Positions 7,717 through 16,044 of a stretch of 32,000 nt of DNA are shown piece by piece (position 1 is the first letter of the stretch; each line of letters starts with the position of its first letter). Where the stretch lies: the NCBI RefSeq assembly GCF_000018465.1, contig NC_010085.1, positions 1,140,001 to 1,172,000 of the forward strand, read 5' to 3'. A model generated the notes under the pieces. That model was not told the DNA's origin. It did not search any database and saw nothing but the letters and a program-made list of their open reading frames with translations. A program made the position numbers and the translations under genes. The stretch is from Nitrosopumilus maritimus SCM1. Its GTDB lineage: Archaea; Thermoproteota; Nitrososphaeria; Nitrososphaerales; Nitrosopumilaceae.

Positions 7717-8436
7717 TTATTCCACGTGAATTATACCAGTCATCCAAGGATGAACCATACAAAAGTAATCATAGGTTCCTGTTTCTTCAAATGTGAATTC
7801 AAAAGTTCCACCAGACATGAACAAACCTGAATCAAATACTCCAGTAGGTCCTGCACTTACATTTCCACTAGTTACAGTATGTGCTGCAGTGTCATCATTA
7901 CTCCAAGTAACGGTTGTACCAACTGCTACAGTTGCTTCATAAGGTAAATAGCATTCATTAGTTTCCTCACATCCAGGAACACCTGAACCTTCAGGTGCAG
8001 AAATAGTTAGTGACATTGGTAAATCAGATTGTGTTTCTGGCTCAGGCTCTGGTTCAGGAATTGGTTCTGGCTCAGGCTCTGGTTCAGGAATTGGTTCTGG
8101 CTCAGGCTCTGGTTCAGGAATTGGTTCTGGCTCAGGCTCTGGTTCAGGAATTGGTTCTGGCTCAGGCTCTGGTTCAGGAATTGGTTCTGGCTCAGGCTCT
8201 GCGATAACACATTCACCTACATAATCTAGTTTGACATTAGCAGCATCCAACATACAAGAATTACCGTAAGTTTCACCATCAACTCCACACATTGGATCCC
8301 ATTGCATAGTACAAGCAATTGGTTGTTCTTCAACTGTTCTAGGTTCAATAATCTCATCAGGAGACATTGAAATTAATCCAACTGAGATTGCAACTAAAAT
8401 TCCAACTGCAGCTATAATTCCATAAGAAAAATTCAT
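7717..8436 (-). CDS. Membrane-anchored fusion protein: Kazal-like domain, ([10 protein letters not shown])n linker, type-1 copper cupredoxin (plastocyanin-like) domain
   Basis: N-terminal [20 protein letters not shown]. Kazal core [35 protein letters not shown] (PxCGxDGxTYxNxC). Cupredoxin ligands H (AAHTVTSG) and C-x2-H-x2-M (YFCMVHPWM). I prefer ATG 8436 over GTG 8445. It lies 1 nt after the upstream gene's stop and is preceded by GGTGGA. Confidence 0.85.
   Translation of the reverse strand: MNFSYGIIAAVGILVAISVGLISMSPDEIIEPRTVEEQPIACTMQWDPMCGVDGETYGNSCMLDAANVKLDYVGECVIAEPEPEPIPEPEPEPEPIPEPEPEPEPIPEPEPEPEPIPEPEPEPEPIPEPEPEPETQSDLPMSLTISAPEGSGVPGCEETNECYLPYEATVAVGTTVTWSNDDTAAHTVTSGNVSAGPTGVFDSGLFMSGGTFEFTFEETGTYDYFCMVHPWMTGIIHVE
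8034..8201. repeat. Perfect 30-bp tandem repeat, five full identical units plus partial ends, in frame inside the Kazal-cupredoxin gene
   Basis: The unit CTCAGGCTCTGGTTCAGGAATTGGTTCTGG repeats without any mismatch from 8041 to 8190, with partial units at both ends. On the minus strand it encodes [10 protein letters not shown]. Confidence 0.95.
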
Positions 8437-8437
8437 C

Positions 8438-8926
8438 TCATCCACCTGTTAACTTTGCAAACTTTTCGTTCATACTTAACTTTTCCATAAATTCGATATT
8501 AGATAGAGCTACAACAGCAGATTCTACTACGGGTTTATCAGGATCATCTAATGCCTTCTCCAATGCGTCTTTTGCATCCTTATTGCCAACAACACCCAAC
8601 GCAATTGCAGCTTCATGTCTTACAAACATACTAGGATCATTTAGAGTTGCATCAGTTAGTGGTGGGACCGAACTAGAATAACACATCTGGCCTAGAGAAA
8701 AGGCAGCTTCATGTCTTACCAATTCATTATCATCATCTTTCAAAACTTTGGCAATATAGGGAACTTTATCTTCTCCACCAAAATCAACTAAAATACACGT
8801 AGCTCTGGTTCTAACCACATAATCAGGATGATCTAAGAGTTTTACAAAGTATTCAGTATCCTTTTGCTCATACTTTTTTTCCATTTCAGCAAAAAGAGTC
8901 AATCGATCATCAGTAACTACTTGCAA
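8438..8926 (-). CDS. HEAT-repeat (PBS-lyase-type HEAT-like) protein
   Basis: Repeated D-x-VRHEAA-x-aLG units ([41 protein letters not shown]). The start is ambiguous: TTG 8926 or ATG 8884. Confidence 0.78.
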   Translation of the reverse strand: MQVVTDDRLTLFAEMEKKYEQKDTEYFVKLLDHPDYVVRTRATCILVDFGGEDKVPYIAKVLKDDDNELVRHEAAFSLGQMCYSSSVPPLTDATLNDPSMFVRHEAAIALGVVGNKDAKDALEKALDDPDKPVVESAVVALSNIEFMEKLSMNEKFAKLTGG

Positions 8927-9022
8927 TATTTTTTGAGATTTCTGCGTCCTATATTTAGTTAATCAGACGGAATCTTAAATTTTTGAGGTATGTATTTAAT
9001 GGAAAAAATACGATAATTCCTC

Positions 9023-9688
9023 ATGAGCGCAGTAATTGGTGAAAAGGTACCAAATTTTGGAGTCTCAGATTGGGTCCAAGGTGCACCAACAAACTTTGAC
9101 CAAGAAAAAGACCATATAGTTCTAGTAGAGGTATTCCAAGTAAACTGCCCAGGTTGTTTTATGCATGCCTTGCCTGAAGCAATTGAAATTTACAACAAAT
9201 ACAAAGATGATGGTGTAAGAGTAATTGGAATTGCTACTGCTTTTGAAGATTTTGATAAAAATACATTAGATAATTTGAAGATGTTAGCTGAGACAGGAGA
9301 AATAGTTGGAGAAACAAAAAGTGCATTCCAAATGAGCGGACAACTACAAGAAGGAGACAAGTTACCATACAAAATTCCATTTCCTTTAGCAATGGATAAC
9401 CTGGTAAAGACAACAGGTGAAATAAGCCAAGAAAAAATTATGGAGTTTATCTATCCACAAATTCCAGAATTTGATTCACAACCAGAAGATTATAGAAATC
9501 AAATCATACAAAGAGTCAAAGACTATATGAAATCAAAAGAATACTCTGCTGAAACATTTGAAAAGTTTGCACTACGTGGAACCCCATCAACTATTCTAGT
9601 AGATAGAAAAGGAGTTCTAAGAGATGTTTCATTTGGTCAAGTTGGACAAGCAGAAGCAATGATTCAAAAATTACTTAGTGAAGATTAG
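9023..9688 (+). CDS. Thioredoxin-fold thiol-disulfide oxidoreductase (TlpA/redoxin-like)
   Basis: CxxC active site in VFQVNCPGCF. The C-terminal GTPSTILVDRKGVL block is typical of the redoxin/AhpC-TSA fold. I see no obvious signal peptide. Confidence 0.75.
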   Translation: MSAVIGEKVPNFGVSDWVQGAPTNFDQEKDHIVLVEVFQVNCPGCFMHALPEAIEIYNKYKDDGVRVIGIATAFEDFDKNTLDNLKMLAETGEIVGETKSAFQMSGQLQEGDKLPYKIPFPLAMDNLVKTTGEISQEKIMEFIYPQIPEFDSQPEDYRNQIIQRVKDYMKSKEYSAETFEKFALRGTPSTILVDRKGVLRDVSFGQVGQAEAMIQKLLSED

Positions 9689-9840
9689 ATTATCTAATTA
9701 GAATAACAGTAACTGATAGTACTACAGCTGTGATAAAACCCCCAATAATAGCAATTTTTGCGTTATCCACAAGATAACTTTGGTCTCTAAATTTTAAGGA
9801 TTTGTAAAAAACATTAATTCGATTTGATGTAACAAAGATT

Positions 9841-9933
9841 ATGGAAGAAGGACAAATTATTGTTCCATTACTAATTGCAGCAGCAGTTGGGATTTTTGTA
9901 GGAACAAGAATATGGATTATGTTTAGAAAATAG
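9841..9933 (+). CDS. Candidate 30-aa single-TM microprotein
   Basis: An ATG-initiated ORF, MEEGQIIVPLLIAAAVGIFVGTRIWIMFRK, with one clean hydrophobic helix and a basic tail. It overlaps the 3' end of the convergent gene by 11 nt. There is no further support. Confidence 0.3.
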   Translation: MEEGQIIVPLLIAAAVGIFVGTRIWIMFRK

Positions 9934-10747
9934 ATTTTTTTCTTATTCCCAAGATAACAATTGCAGGCAATCCAGCATACATTCCAATATTTAGAATTAT
10001 CAAAGATACGCCGATTGACAGAATCTCAGATTCTGTTTCTGCAAAATCCATCAAAGATAGAGTAGTGATCATAGGAGTAATTCCTATTCTCACCATCTCC
10101 TTGAATACAGGATTTTCTCGTTGATAGTCTGCCATTTGAGGACTAAATGAATAATAAAATGCGTTAAATGAATTCATGAAAGATTTTCCAGATTCTATTT
10201 GTAGTAATTTATCATCTCTTAATTCTCGTAACTGTTGCACTTGAGGTGCCAACTCAGAACCAAATGTTGCAGTTGCAATCAAACATCCACCGCCAGGTTC
10301 TTCATGAGTAATTTTTTCATTAGGAACAACTTCTACAATCTCTTTTACACCAACAAGTGCATCTGTTCCAATGATATCGATTTTGTTGTTACCAATTCCA
10401 GTAAAGTTCAAAGTAACAAATGAAATCCTTTCATTTGATTTGTATTCTTGAATAGATTCAACATCATTTATCTGAAAAGTAAAATTGCCACCAAGGAGGT
10501 TTTTAGGAATTGTTACCTCACCTAGATTATCTTCCAGACCACTGTTAATGAATATAGTTAATCGTTTTTCATTTTTGTTAAACTCATGATCTAAAATATC
10601 AAAATTTGAAACAGTAACAACTTCAAAAGTGTGACCACTTGTATCAACATCAAGACGGGTTAACAATCCTGTTCTATCAGAAAGTTGGCCAAACACAGGA
10701 GATATTATTAGAAGTAATAATAACGGAATGAAAAATAGTACTTTCAA
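9923..10747 (-). CDS. Secreted/membrane-anchored protein with a C(L/F)IATA-x-(F/Y)GS ... LRELRD box and C-terminal TM helices
   Basis: Signal peptide KVLFFIPLLLLLIISPVFGQ. GGGCLIATATFGSELAPQVQQLRELRD resembles the CFIATAAYGS...LRxFRD box seen in archaeal surface proteins. The hydrophobic C-terminus ends in RKKSIF. The TTG start lies 1 nt after the rpl15e stop. Confidence 0.72.
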   Translation of the reverse strand: MKVLFFIPLLLLLIISPVFGQLSDRTGLLTRLDVDTSGHTFEVVTVSNFDILDHEFNKNEKRLTIFINSGLEDNLGEVTIPKNLLGGNFTFQINDVESIQEYKSNERISFVTLNFTGIGNNKIDIIGTDALVGVKEIVEVVPNEKITHEEPGGGCLIATATFGSELAPQVQQLRELRDDKLLQIESGKSFMNSFNAFYYSFSPQMADYQRENPVFKEMVRIGITPMITTLSLMDFAETESEILSIGVSLIILNIGMYAGLPAIVILGIRKKSIF

Positions 10748-10748
10748 T

Positions 10749-11213
10749 TTACGCTGTTTGAGAAATACGTTTAGTTAATTCTTTATCTTGTGCAACTCTT
10801 GGATGATCTGGGTCTGCCAAGATTACTTCAAACCAGTAGTGTTTACCATCTTTGTAGATAAAGTAAGAACCCAATAGTTTCATGTTTGGATATCTTTCAC
10901 TAACTCTTCGTTCAGCAACAGTTTTCATATTGTCATCTGCCTTAATTCGTGTAACACCAAGATGTTTTGGTCTTCTACCACCAGTAGGTCTCTGCTTTCT
11001 CATGCCACCAGTACCAACTCGCATTCTAACAACAATAACACCTTGTTTTGCTTTGTATCCCAATCTTCTTGCCCTTTGAATTCTACTAGGCTTGTCAATT
11101 CGGGTAACTGCATTTTGTTTACGCCATCCAACTACACGCTCACGTAGCTCTGGAGCGTTTTCTTTCCAGAGTCTGATCCATACTTGGTCTTGACGACTAG
11201 GCATATCGGGCAT
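10749..11213 (-). CDS. rpl15e: 50S ribosomal protein L15e
   Basis: WRKQNAVTRIDKPSRIQRARRLGYKAKQGVIVVRMRVGTGGMRKQRPTGGRRPKH is a characteristic L15e sequence. I take the start at ATG 11213 (MPDMPSR), preceded by AGGGG. The track's extension to 11321 is rejected. Confidence 0.92.
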   Translation of the reverse strand: MPDMPSRQDQVWIRLWKENAPELRERVVGWRKQNAVTRIDKPSRIQRARRLGYKAKQGVIVVRMRVGTGGMRKQRPTGGRRPKHLGVTRIKADDNMKTVAERRVSERYPNMKLLGSYFIYKDGKHYWFEVILADPDHPRVAQDKELTKRISQTA

Positions 11214-11420
11214 AGTAAAATCCCCTTTAATAACTGTAAATCGTGTAATTCTAAGCATCGCTAAAGCAGTTAAAATTCTCTTGAGTGGGGCATCACATTC
11301 CACGCACTCGAAGAGTTGCATCCGCAGAAAACTCGATAAAACAACTACGCCAAAGTTGTTAAAAAGGATTCCTGAGAATTGTTTTGAGATTTTTATTGAG
11401 TAAAATGGGCATGAAAAAAG

Positions 11421-12080
11421 ATGAGAGTTAGAAATGTGATATTATCTACGATCATAGTTCTAAGTTTGACTGTTTTACCATCTGCACATGCAGAGCCCAT
11501 AGTAGAAATCATTATGGAGAAAACGACTTACAGTTACTGTGAAAAATTATTCTATACAATCAAAGTTTCAGAAGTTACAGGAAATCCTGCAATAATTCAC
11601 ATTAGAGATGAGACAGGGAAAGGAAGCAGTGCAATTCCATTTCCAGTAACTGAACTAGAAAATCCAGTACCATCAAGAGTTGCTTTTGAAAAAGAAATTT
11701 TCCCGTTAGGAAAATACTTTATTGATATAGAGTATTCAGGAGTGCAGACAACTGCAGAGTTTACATTAATTGATTCAGGTAAAGTATGCATTCCAGAAAC
11801 AGTAAAACCAATCATGGCAAATTGGCTTTCAGGAAACATATCAGATGGATTTCTAATTGATGCATTTGAAAAATTTACAGAAGATTTAGAACTTTTCAAA
11901 ATTCCATTTGATATAAATGAAACAACTGTTTATGATGTTAGAATTCCAGAATGGGTAAAAAATGTAGGATACTGGTGGCTTGAAGGGATGATAAGTGACG
12001 ATGATCTAGTTAATGCAATAAACAATCTCGTTGAGAGAAACATAATTTCACTTGAACAAGAGACAGGAAATGAAATATGA
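11421..12080 (+). CDS. Secreted hypothetical protein with C-terminal W-x-x-N-x-G-x-WW-x-x-G-x-ISDDD-L motif
   Basis: Signal peptide ILSTIIVLSLTVLPSAHA|EP. It carries IPEWVKNVGYWWLEGMISDDDLVNAINNLVERNII, and a weaker copy IMANWLSGNISDGFLIDAFEKF. From memory, this is a motif class recurrent in thaumarchaeal extracellular proteins. Confidence 0.7.
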   Translation: MRVRNVILSTIIVLSLTVLPSAHAEPIVEIIMEKTTYSYCEKLFYTIKVSEVTGNPAIIHIRDETGKGSSAIPFPVTELENPVPSRVAFEKEIFPLGKYFIDIEYSGVQTTAEFTLIDSGKVCIPETVKPIMANWLSGNISDGFLIDAFEKFTEDLELFKIPFDINETTVYDVRIPEWVKNVGYWWLEGMISDDDLVNAINNLVERNIISLEQETGNEI

Positions 12081-12592
12081 ATAAATATTCTGTAATAACT
12101 GCAATTGCAATCATAGTAATTGTTACTCCATTTGTATTTTCTACAATGAATATTGTTGGAAGTCAACAATTAGAATACAGATGGCATTCTCCAGGAACTT
12201 TTTCATTTTTTACAATGTCAAATCATGGGGAAATGGAGTTTTGTAACACACTTCCATTTTGGATGACATTTGAAAAGTTTGAGGTTTCAATGTTTTACAC
12301 TGGAACAAATGTTGGATCATATGAAGTAAAACCATTAACACTTAATCCATCAGCATCAGGAGTTCAAGAAGGGGTTTTTTCATCTGAGAATATTTCAAAT
12401 GCACAACATACTTTCATGAACTTTGATTTTGAATTTGATTCAGGAGATATCAGATTAGACCCAAATCAATTCATCGTAGTAGTTCAAACACACACGCCTA
12501 TTCTAGGCATAATACCATATTCGTCCACTACACAAATTTCAGCATTTAATTTTGATCAAATGATGAACGTAGAAGATTTGACTTGTGATTAA
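12077..12592 (+). CDS. Hypothetical N-terminally membrane-anchored protein
   Basis: ATGA overlap with the upstream gene. TM helix VITAIAIIVIVTPFVFS, followed by a beta-rich region. I recognise no family. Confidence 0.62.
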   Translation: MNKYSVITAIAIIVIVTPFVFSTMNIVGSQQLEYRWHSPGTFSFFTMSNHGEMEFCNTLPFWMTFEKFEVSMFYTGTNVGSYEVKPLTLNPSASGVQEGVFSSENISNAQHTFMNFDFEFDSGDIRLDPNQFIVVVQTHTPILGIIPYSSTTQISAFNFDQMMNVEDLTCD

Positions 12593-13482
12593 TCTCGACT
12601 TTTACCGGCCTTTGACATTAATGCCAAGATGATTGCAATTGCACCAGTTACAACAAATGCTGCAATCAATCCGTAACCTAATTCCTTACCTAGTCCTTTG
12701 AAAGAAGTTGATGTTGGAGTAGATATTTCAGGTGTAGATGTTTGTGGTTCAAGAACACACACTCCATCTTGAAGAATTGTTCCAGGACCACATCTTTCAT
12801 CTAAAACACATACACCATCTTGAAGAATTGTTCCAGGACCACATTCAGTTCTAGGAGTATCTTCAACAGGGGTTTCTTCTACTGGAGTATCTTCAACAGG
12901 GGTTTCTTCTACTGGAGTATCTTCAACAGGGGTTTCTTCTACTGGAGTATCTTCAACAGGGGTTTCTTCAACAGGGGTTTCTTCAACAGGGGTTTCTTCT
13001 ACTGGAGTATCTTCTATAGTTCTACCAAATACTGAACCAATAATTTCTATCTCTTCAGTTCCAGCAGGTAATTCAATACTTAAAGTTCTACTTTGAGATG
13101 TAGTTTCAGTTTCTGAAAAAGTTGGCTCATCACCATCAGCTAAAATGATAAAGTCATCATCTACTCCTTCATAAACAGAATCAAAGAAGGTTCTATCAAA
13201 TGTAATATCTAGAATTCCTTGAGAATCAGTAACATCAACTGAAATTATCAGTGAAATAAAATCAGTGTCGGACTCAATACCAGATACAGACATTCCAGAT
13301 ACAGTATAATCAACATCATAATCAGTTCCATCTACATCCACAGACATTGTTTCAGCATATACGAATGCAGATGAAAGTATTGTAAAGAAGATTAAGCCTA
13401 AGGATATCTTTAGCAGCGAATTACCATTTGTTAAATTTCTTAATCTATTAGATTGTAATTGGCTTATACTATGATTATTCAA
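12589..13482 (-). CDS. Surface protein: signal peptide, beta-rich domain, (TPVE[ED])10 linker, two CGPGTILQDGVCVL mini-modules, C-terminal TM with basic tail
   Basis: Signal-like LLKISLGLIFFTILSSAFVYA|ET. It has the repeats, and the C-terminal KELGYGLIAAFVVTGAIAIILALMSKAGKSRD resembles a degenerate PEFG-type sorting signal. Only a TTG (13482) precedes the signal peptide. Confidence 0.75.
   Translation of the reverse strand: MNNHSISQLQSNRLRNLTNGNSLLKISLGLIFFTILSSAFVYAETMSVDVDGTDYDVDYTVSGMSVSGIESDTDFISLIISVDVTDSQGILDITFDRTFFDSVYEGVDDDFIILADGDEPTFSETETTSQSRTLSIELPAGTEEIEIIGSVFGRTIEDTPVEETPVEETPVEETPVEDTPVEETPVEDTPVEETPVEDTPVEETPVEDTPRTECGPGTILQDGVCVLDERCGPGTILQDGVCVLEPQTSTPEISTPTSTSFKGLGKELGYGLIAAFVVTGAIAIILALMSKAGKSRD
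12851..13019. repeat. Near-perfect 15/30-bp in-frame tandem repeat encoding TPVE(E/D) x10
   Basis: The unit GGAGTATCTTCAACAGGGGTTTCTTCTACT is repeated from 12854, and degenerates to 15-nt subunits (GGGGTTTCTTCAACA) near 12961-12990. Confidence 0.93.
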
Positions 13483-13582
13483 CGATTGACTTCCTCCAAA
13501 TGGATGTTAAAAACAAAGAGACGATAATTAATCACGTAAAAGTCAACTTTTTTGAGTATTTTTAAGAATCACGCAGGAATTA

Positions 13583-14515
13583 TCAGATGACGCCTCTCAA
13601 AATTTGGACAATTTTCTCAGCAATCACATTTGCTGCCAAGGATTGTGCTTCTTTTGTTTGAGCGCCAATGTGAGGAGTTAAAATGACGTTGTCAAGTTCT
13701 GCCAACTTTGTTCCAATAGCAGGTTCCTTTTCAAAGACATCCAATGCTGCACCACCAAGTGTTCCATTTTTGAGTGCATCATAAAGTGCATCCTCATCAA
13801 CTACTCCACCTCTAGATGTATTGATAATTTTTGCAGTCTTTTTCATTGTGGACATTTTTTGTGCATCTAATAGATGGTATGTTGAATCAAGTAACGGAAC
13901 ATGAATTGATACATAATCAGCACTTTGTAAAAGAGTATTCAAATCAGCTTTCATCAAACCGACTTCTTTTGAAAATTCTTCATCAATTGGAACCACATCA
14001 TAACCGATGATATTCATGTTAAGTGCACGTGCAAGTCTTCCTAGTCTTTTTCCAATGTTTCCTAATCCAACAATTCCAAGATATTTTCCTGCAAGTTCAG
14101 TTCCTTTCAATTCTTTTTTAAGCCACTGTTCATTCCTAATACCTCTATCACCTCTTGCAGTTTGTCTTGCAAGAGATAACATCAAACCCAATACTAATTC
14201 TGCAACAGCGTTCATTGCACCCTCTACAGCATTAATTACACGGATGTTTTTTGCTTTGGCGGCTTCTTGATCAACATTATCAAGTCCAACACCAACACGA
14301 GCAATAATCTTACAATTGTCTGCTTTATCGATCATCTCTTTTGTGATGGTAGTTCTACTTCTAACAATCACAATATTGTAATCGGAAATTTTTTCTAAAA
14401 TTTGTTCAGGAGTAATCTCTGGTTCATAAGATATTTTCAAGCCATTATCTTGTAAAATTTTATTCAAAATCGGATCTACTTCATCACAGATCAGTACAGA
14501 CTCGTCAAATCCCAT
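13583..14515 (-). CDS. serA: D-isomer-specific 2-hydroxyacid dehydrogenase, SerA-like (short form, no ACT domain)
   Basis: NAD fold GIVGLGNIGKRLGRLA. Catalytic triad contexts TSRGGVVDEDAL (R), LDVFEKEP (E) and TPHIGAQT (H). Confidence 0.82.
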   Translation of the reverse strand: MGFDESVLICDEVDPILNKILQDNGLKISYEPEITPEQILEKISDYNIVIVRSRTTITKEMIDKADNCKIIARVGVGLDNVDQEAAKAKNIRVINAVEGAMNAVAELVLGLMLSLARQTARGDRGIRNEQWLKKELKGTELAGKYLGIVGLGNIGKRLGRLARALNMNIIGYDVVPIDEEFSKEVGLMKADLNTLLQSADYVSIHVPLLDSTYHLLDAQKMSTMKKTAKIINTSRGGVVDEDALYDALKNGTLGGAALDVFEKEPAIGTKLAELDNVILTPHIGAQTKEAQSLAANVIAEKIVQILRGVI

Positions 14516-14582
14516 GAAATGTAAAATAGAGCTACGGAATATAATTCATTCAAAATAATAAAAAGAAAAAGATGTTATGTTA

Positions 14583-15995
14583 TCAAGAAGTTAAGATTTC
14601 TGCTACTACAGGAATTACTTCCCATAATGCGACATAATCGCCACTTTCTTGCATTTCAGAAGCTACGTTGTCAGTCATAAGACCATGAATGTTAATTGCT
14701 GGGTGAGCAATACTGTTCATTCCCATTGGTGGGACAGCACTACTTGGGTTACCCAAAGCATATGCATAAGATGCGACTGGTGCTGGGATAACTCCTTTCT
14801 CAACCAGAACTGGGTTCAAGCCGAATGGGTCACCTGCTACAAATACTGTAGCTGCGCCAGTGTAAATTGCTGCATAGTCATGGTTAACTGCTGCGTATGC
14901 ACCTGGTTCATCAAATACCAAGTCAACAATCATTCCTTGTGAGCCACCGAGTAACCATGTTTCAGTTGCTGCGGATTGTACTCTGTTACCTTGTGTAACT
15001 CTGTCCAAAATTTCTCCTACAATGTGGAAGAATACTGGTTCGTTACCTTGGTTTTCAACGAATAATCTTACGTGTTGATCATTTTCAACAAATAAGAGTT
15101 GTGATTGGTATTGCTTGTGCTCAAGTCCATTCCATGGTTGTGCAACAAAGATGTTCTTGTTTACATCGCCATTGACGAGTAAGTTATGAGCCATGTTTGG
15201 TACATAACCAAATTGCATTCCATTTACAACTGTTGCAGTGTTTTGATGTTTGAACATTGCACCGGCATCATAGTTGCCTTCAGGTGTAAGATACAATTGA
15301 TTGTATTGGAGTTGGAACTCTAATGCATCTGCATCATAGAATTTTCTGTCAAGTTCACCACTTCCGCTTGTTTTCTCAACCATTAATTTCTTGTAACCAT
15401 TTGCAGGATCAACGATTGTAATTCCGTACATGCCGGAAAGTACGTGTTGGTCCATACCAATTAGTTTAACACCAGAACAATGGTATTTGAACATACCAGC
15501 AGATTCAGCGATGTAACAGTACTGACTTGTTTCACCAGGATTAACTGATTCAAAGTTTCCTGCTGACATTTGTGATGCATGCATGTCGTTACCGTGTCCA
15601 GTAACTTCATCATCTGGAATTGTAAGTGTCATTTTAACAACATCACCTTGTGTAACTCTTAGTGTTGGTCCTGGGACTTGTTCACTGAAAGTCATTGCGT
15701 GATATGTTTTTCCTCCCATGATTGGAAGTTCGACACTTTCACCAGTCAAGTTAAACTCAACGACATTACGTCCAGAGTTTTCTAGAGCACCACAATCAGT
15801 TTCTGCGAATGCTTCAGGCATTACAAGCTGTAAACCTCCCATGTGTCTGATCTTATCCATGACAGAGACATCCATTTGGTCCATGTCAAGAGATTGACCA
15901 GCAATTTGGGTTTGTGTGTATGTGCTTCCGAATAAGGTTGCGCCCATTACAGCTACTGCTGCAATTGTAAAGAGCATACTAACACGCTTATTCAT
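14583..15995 (-). CDS. nirK: NirK-like multicopper oxidase (copper nitrite reductase family)
   Basis: HGNDMHAS (T1/T2 His pair), YHCSGVKLIGMDQHVLSGMYG (H-C...H...M), and AVNHDYAAIYTGAA (third T2 His). Signal/TM MLFTIAAVAVMGATLFG. I prefer ATG 15995 (MNKRVS) over TTG 16028. A TTATATA box on the minus strand at 16019-16025 lies about 27 nt upstream. Confidence 0.88.
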   Translation of the reverse strand: MNKRVSMLFTIAAVAVMGATLFGSTYTQTQIAGQSLDMDQMDVSVMDKIRHMGGLQLVMPEAFAETDCGALENSGRNVVEFNLTGESVELPIMGGKTYHAMTFSEQVPGPTLRVTQGDVVKMTLTIPDDEVTGHGNDMHASQMSAGNFESVNPGETSQYCYIAESAGMFKYHCSGVKLIGMDQHVLSGMYGITIVDPANGYKKLMVEKTSGSGELDRKFYDADALEFQLQYNQLYLTPEGNYDAGAMFKHQNTATVVNGMQFGYVPNMAHNLLVNGDVNKNIFVAQPWNGLEHKQYQSQLLFVENDQHVRLFVENQGNEPVFFHIVGEILDRVTQGNRVQSAATETWLLGGSQGMIVDLVFDEPGAYAAVNHDYAAIYTGAATVFVAGDPFGLNPVLVEKGVIPAPVASYAYALGNPSSAVPPMGMNSIAHPAINIHGLMTDNVASEMQESGDYVALWEVIPVVAEILTS

Positions 15996-16029
15996 TATGC
16001 ACGATGGTACCCAGTTCCTATATAACAAT

Positions 16030-16044
16030 TTCCCAATTTGGGAA
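16030..16044. promoter_or_regulatory. Perfect palindrome TTCCCAA-T-TTGGGAA abutting the nirK TATA box
   Basis: 7-bp arms with a 1-nt spacer. It lies immediately upstream (on the minus strand) of the nirK TATA-like box, in the divergent nirK / lyase intergenic region. Confidence 0.3.

Noticed and set aside
8034-8201. A possible CRISPR array, given the perfect ~30-bp repeats (also 12851-13019)
   Set aside because: The repeats are directly adjacent with no spacers. They are in frame within well-supported protein genes, and no cas genes are nearby.
8007-8229. Three long ORFs (8007-8216 minus; 8010-8207 and 8029-8229 plus) with monotonous repeat translations
   Set aside because: They are by-products of the stop-free 30-bp tandem repeat. 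The real frame is the one continuous with the Kazal and cupredoxin domains.
11214-11321. N-terminal extension of the L15e ORF (MQLFECVECDAPL...), and a stem (CTCTTGAGTG...CACTCGAAGAG) considered as a possible ncRNA
   Set aside because: L15e homology begins at MPDMPSR, which has an SD-like AGGGG upstream. I could not find C/D-box or other RNA-family signatures, and the stem is short and has a bulge.
15996-16028. TTG-initiated 11-codon extension of nirK
   Set aside because: It would place the TATA-like box inside the coding region. ATG 15995 gives a normal signal/TM N-terminus.
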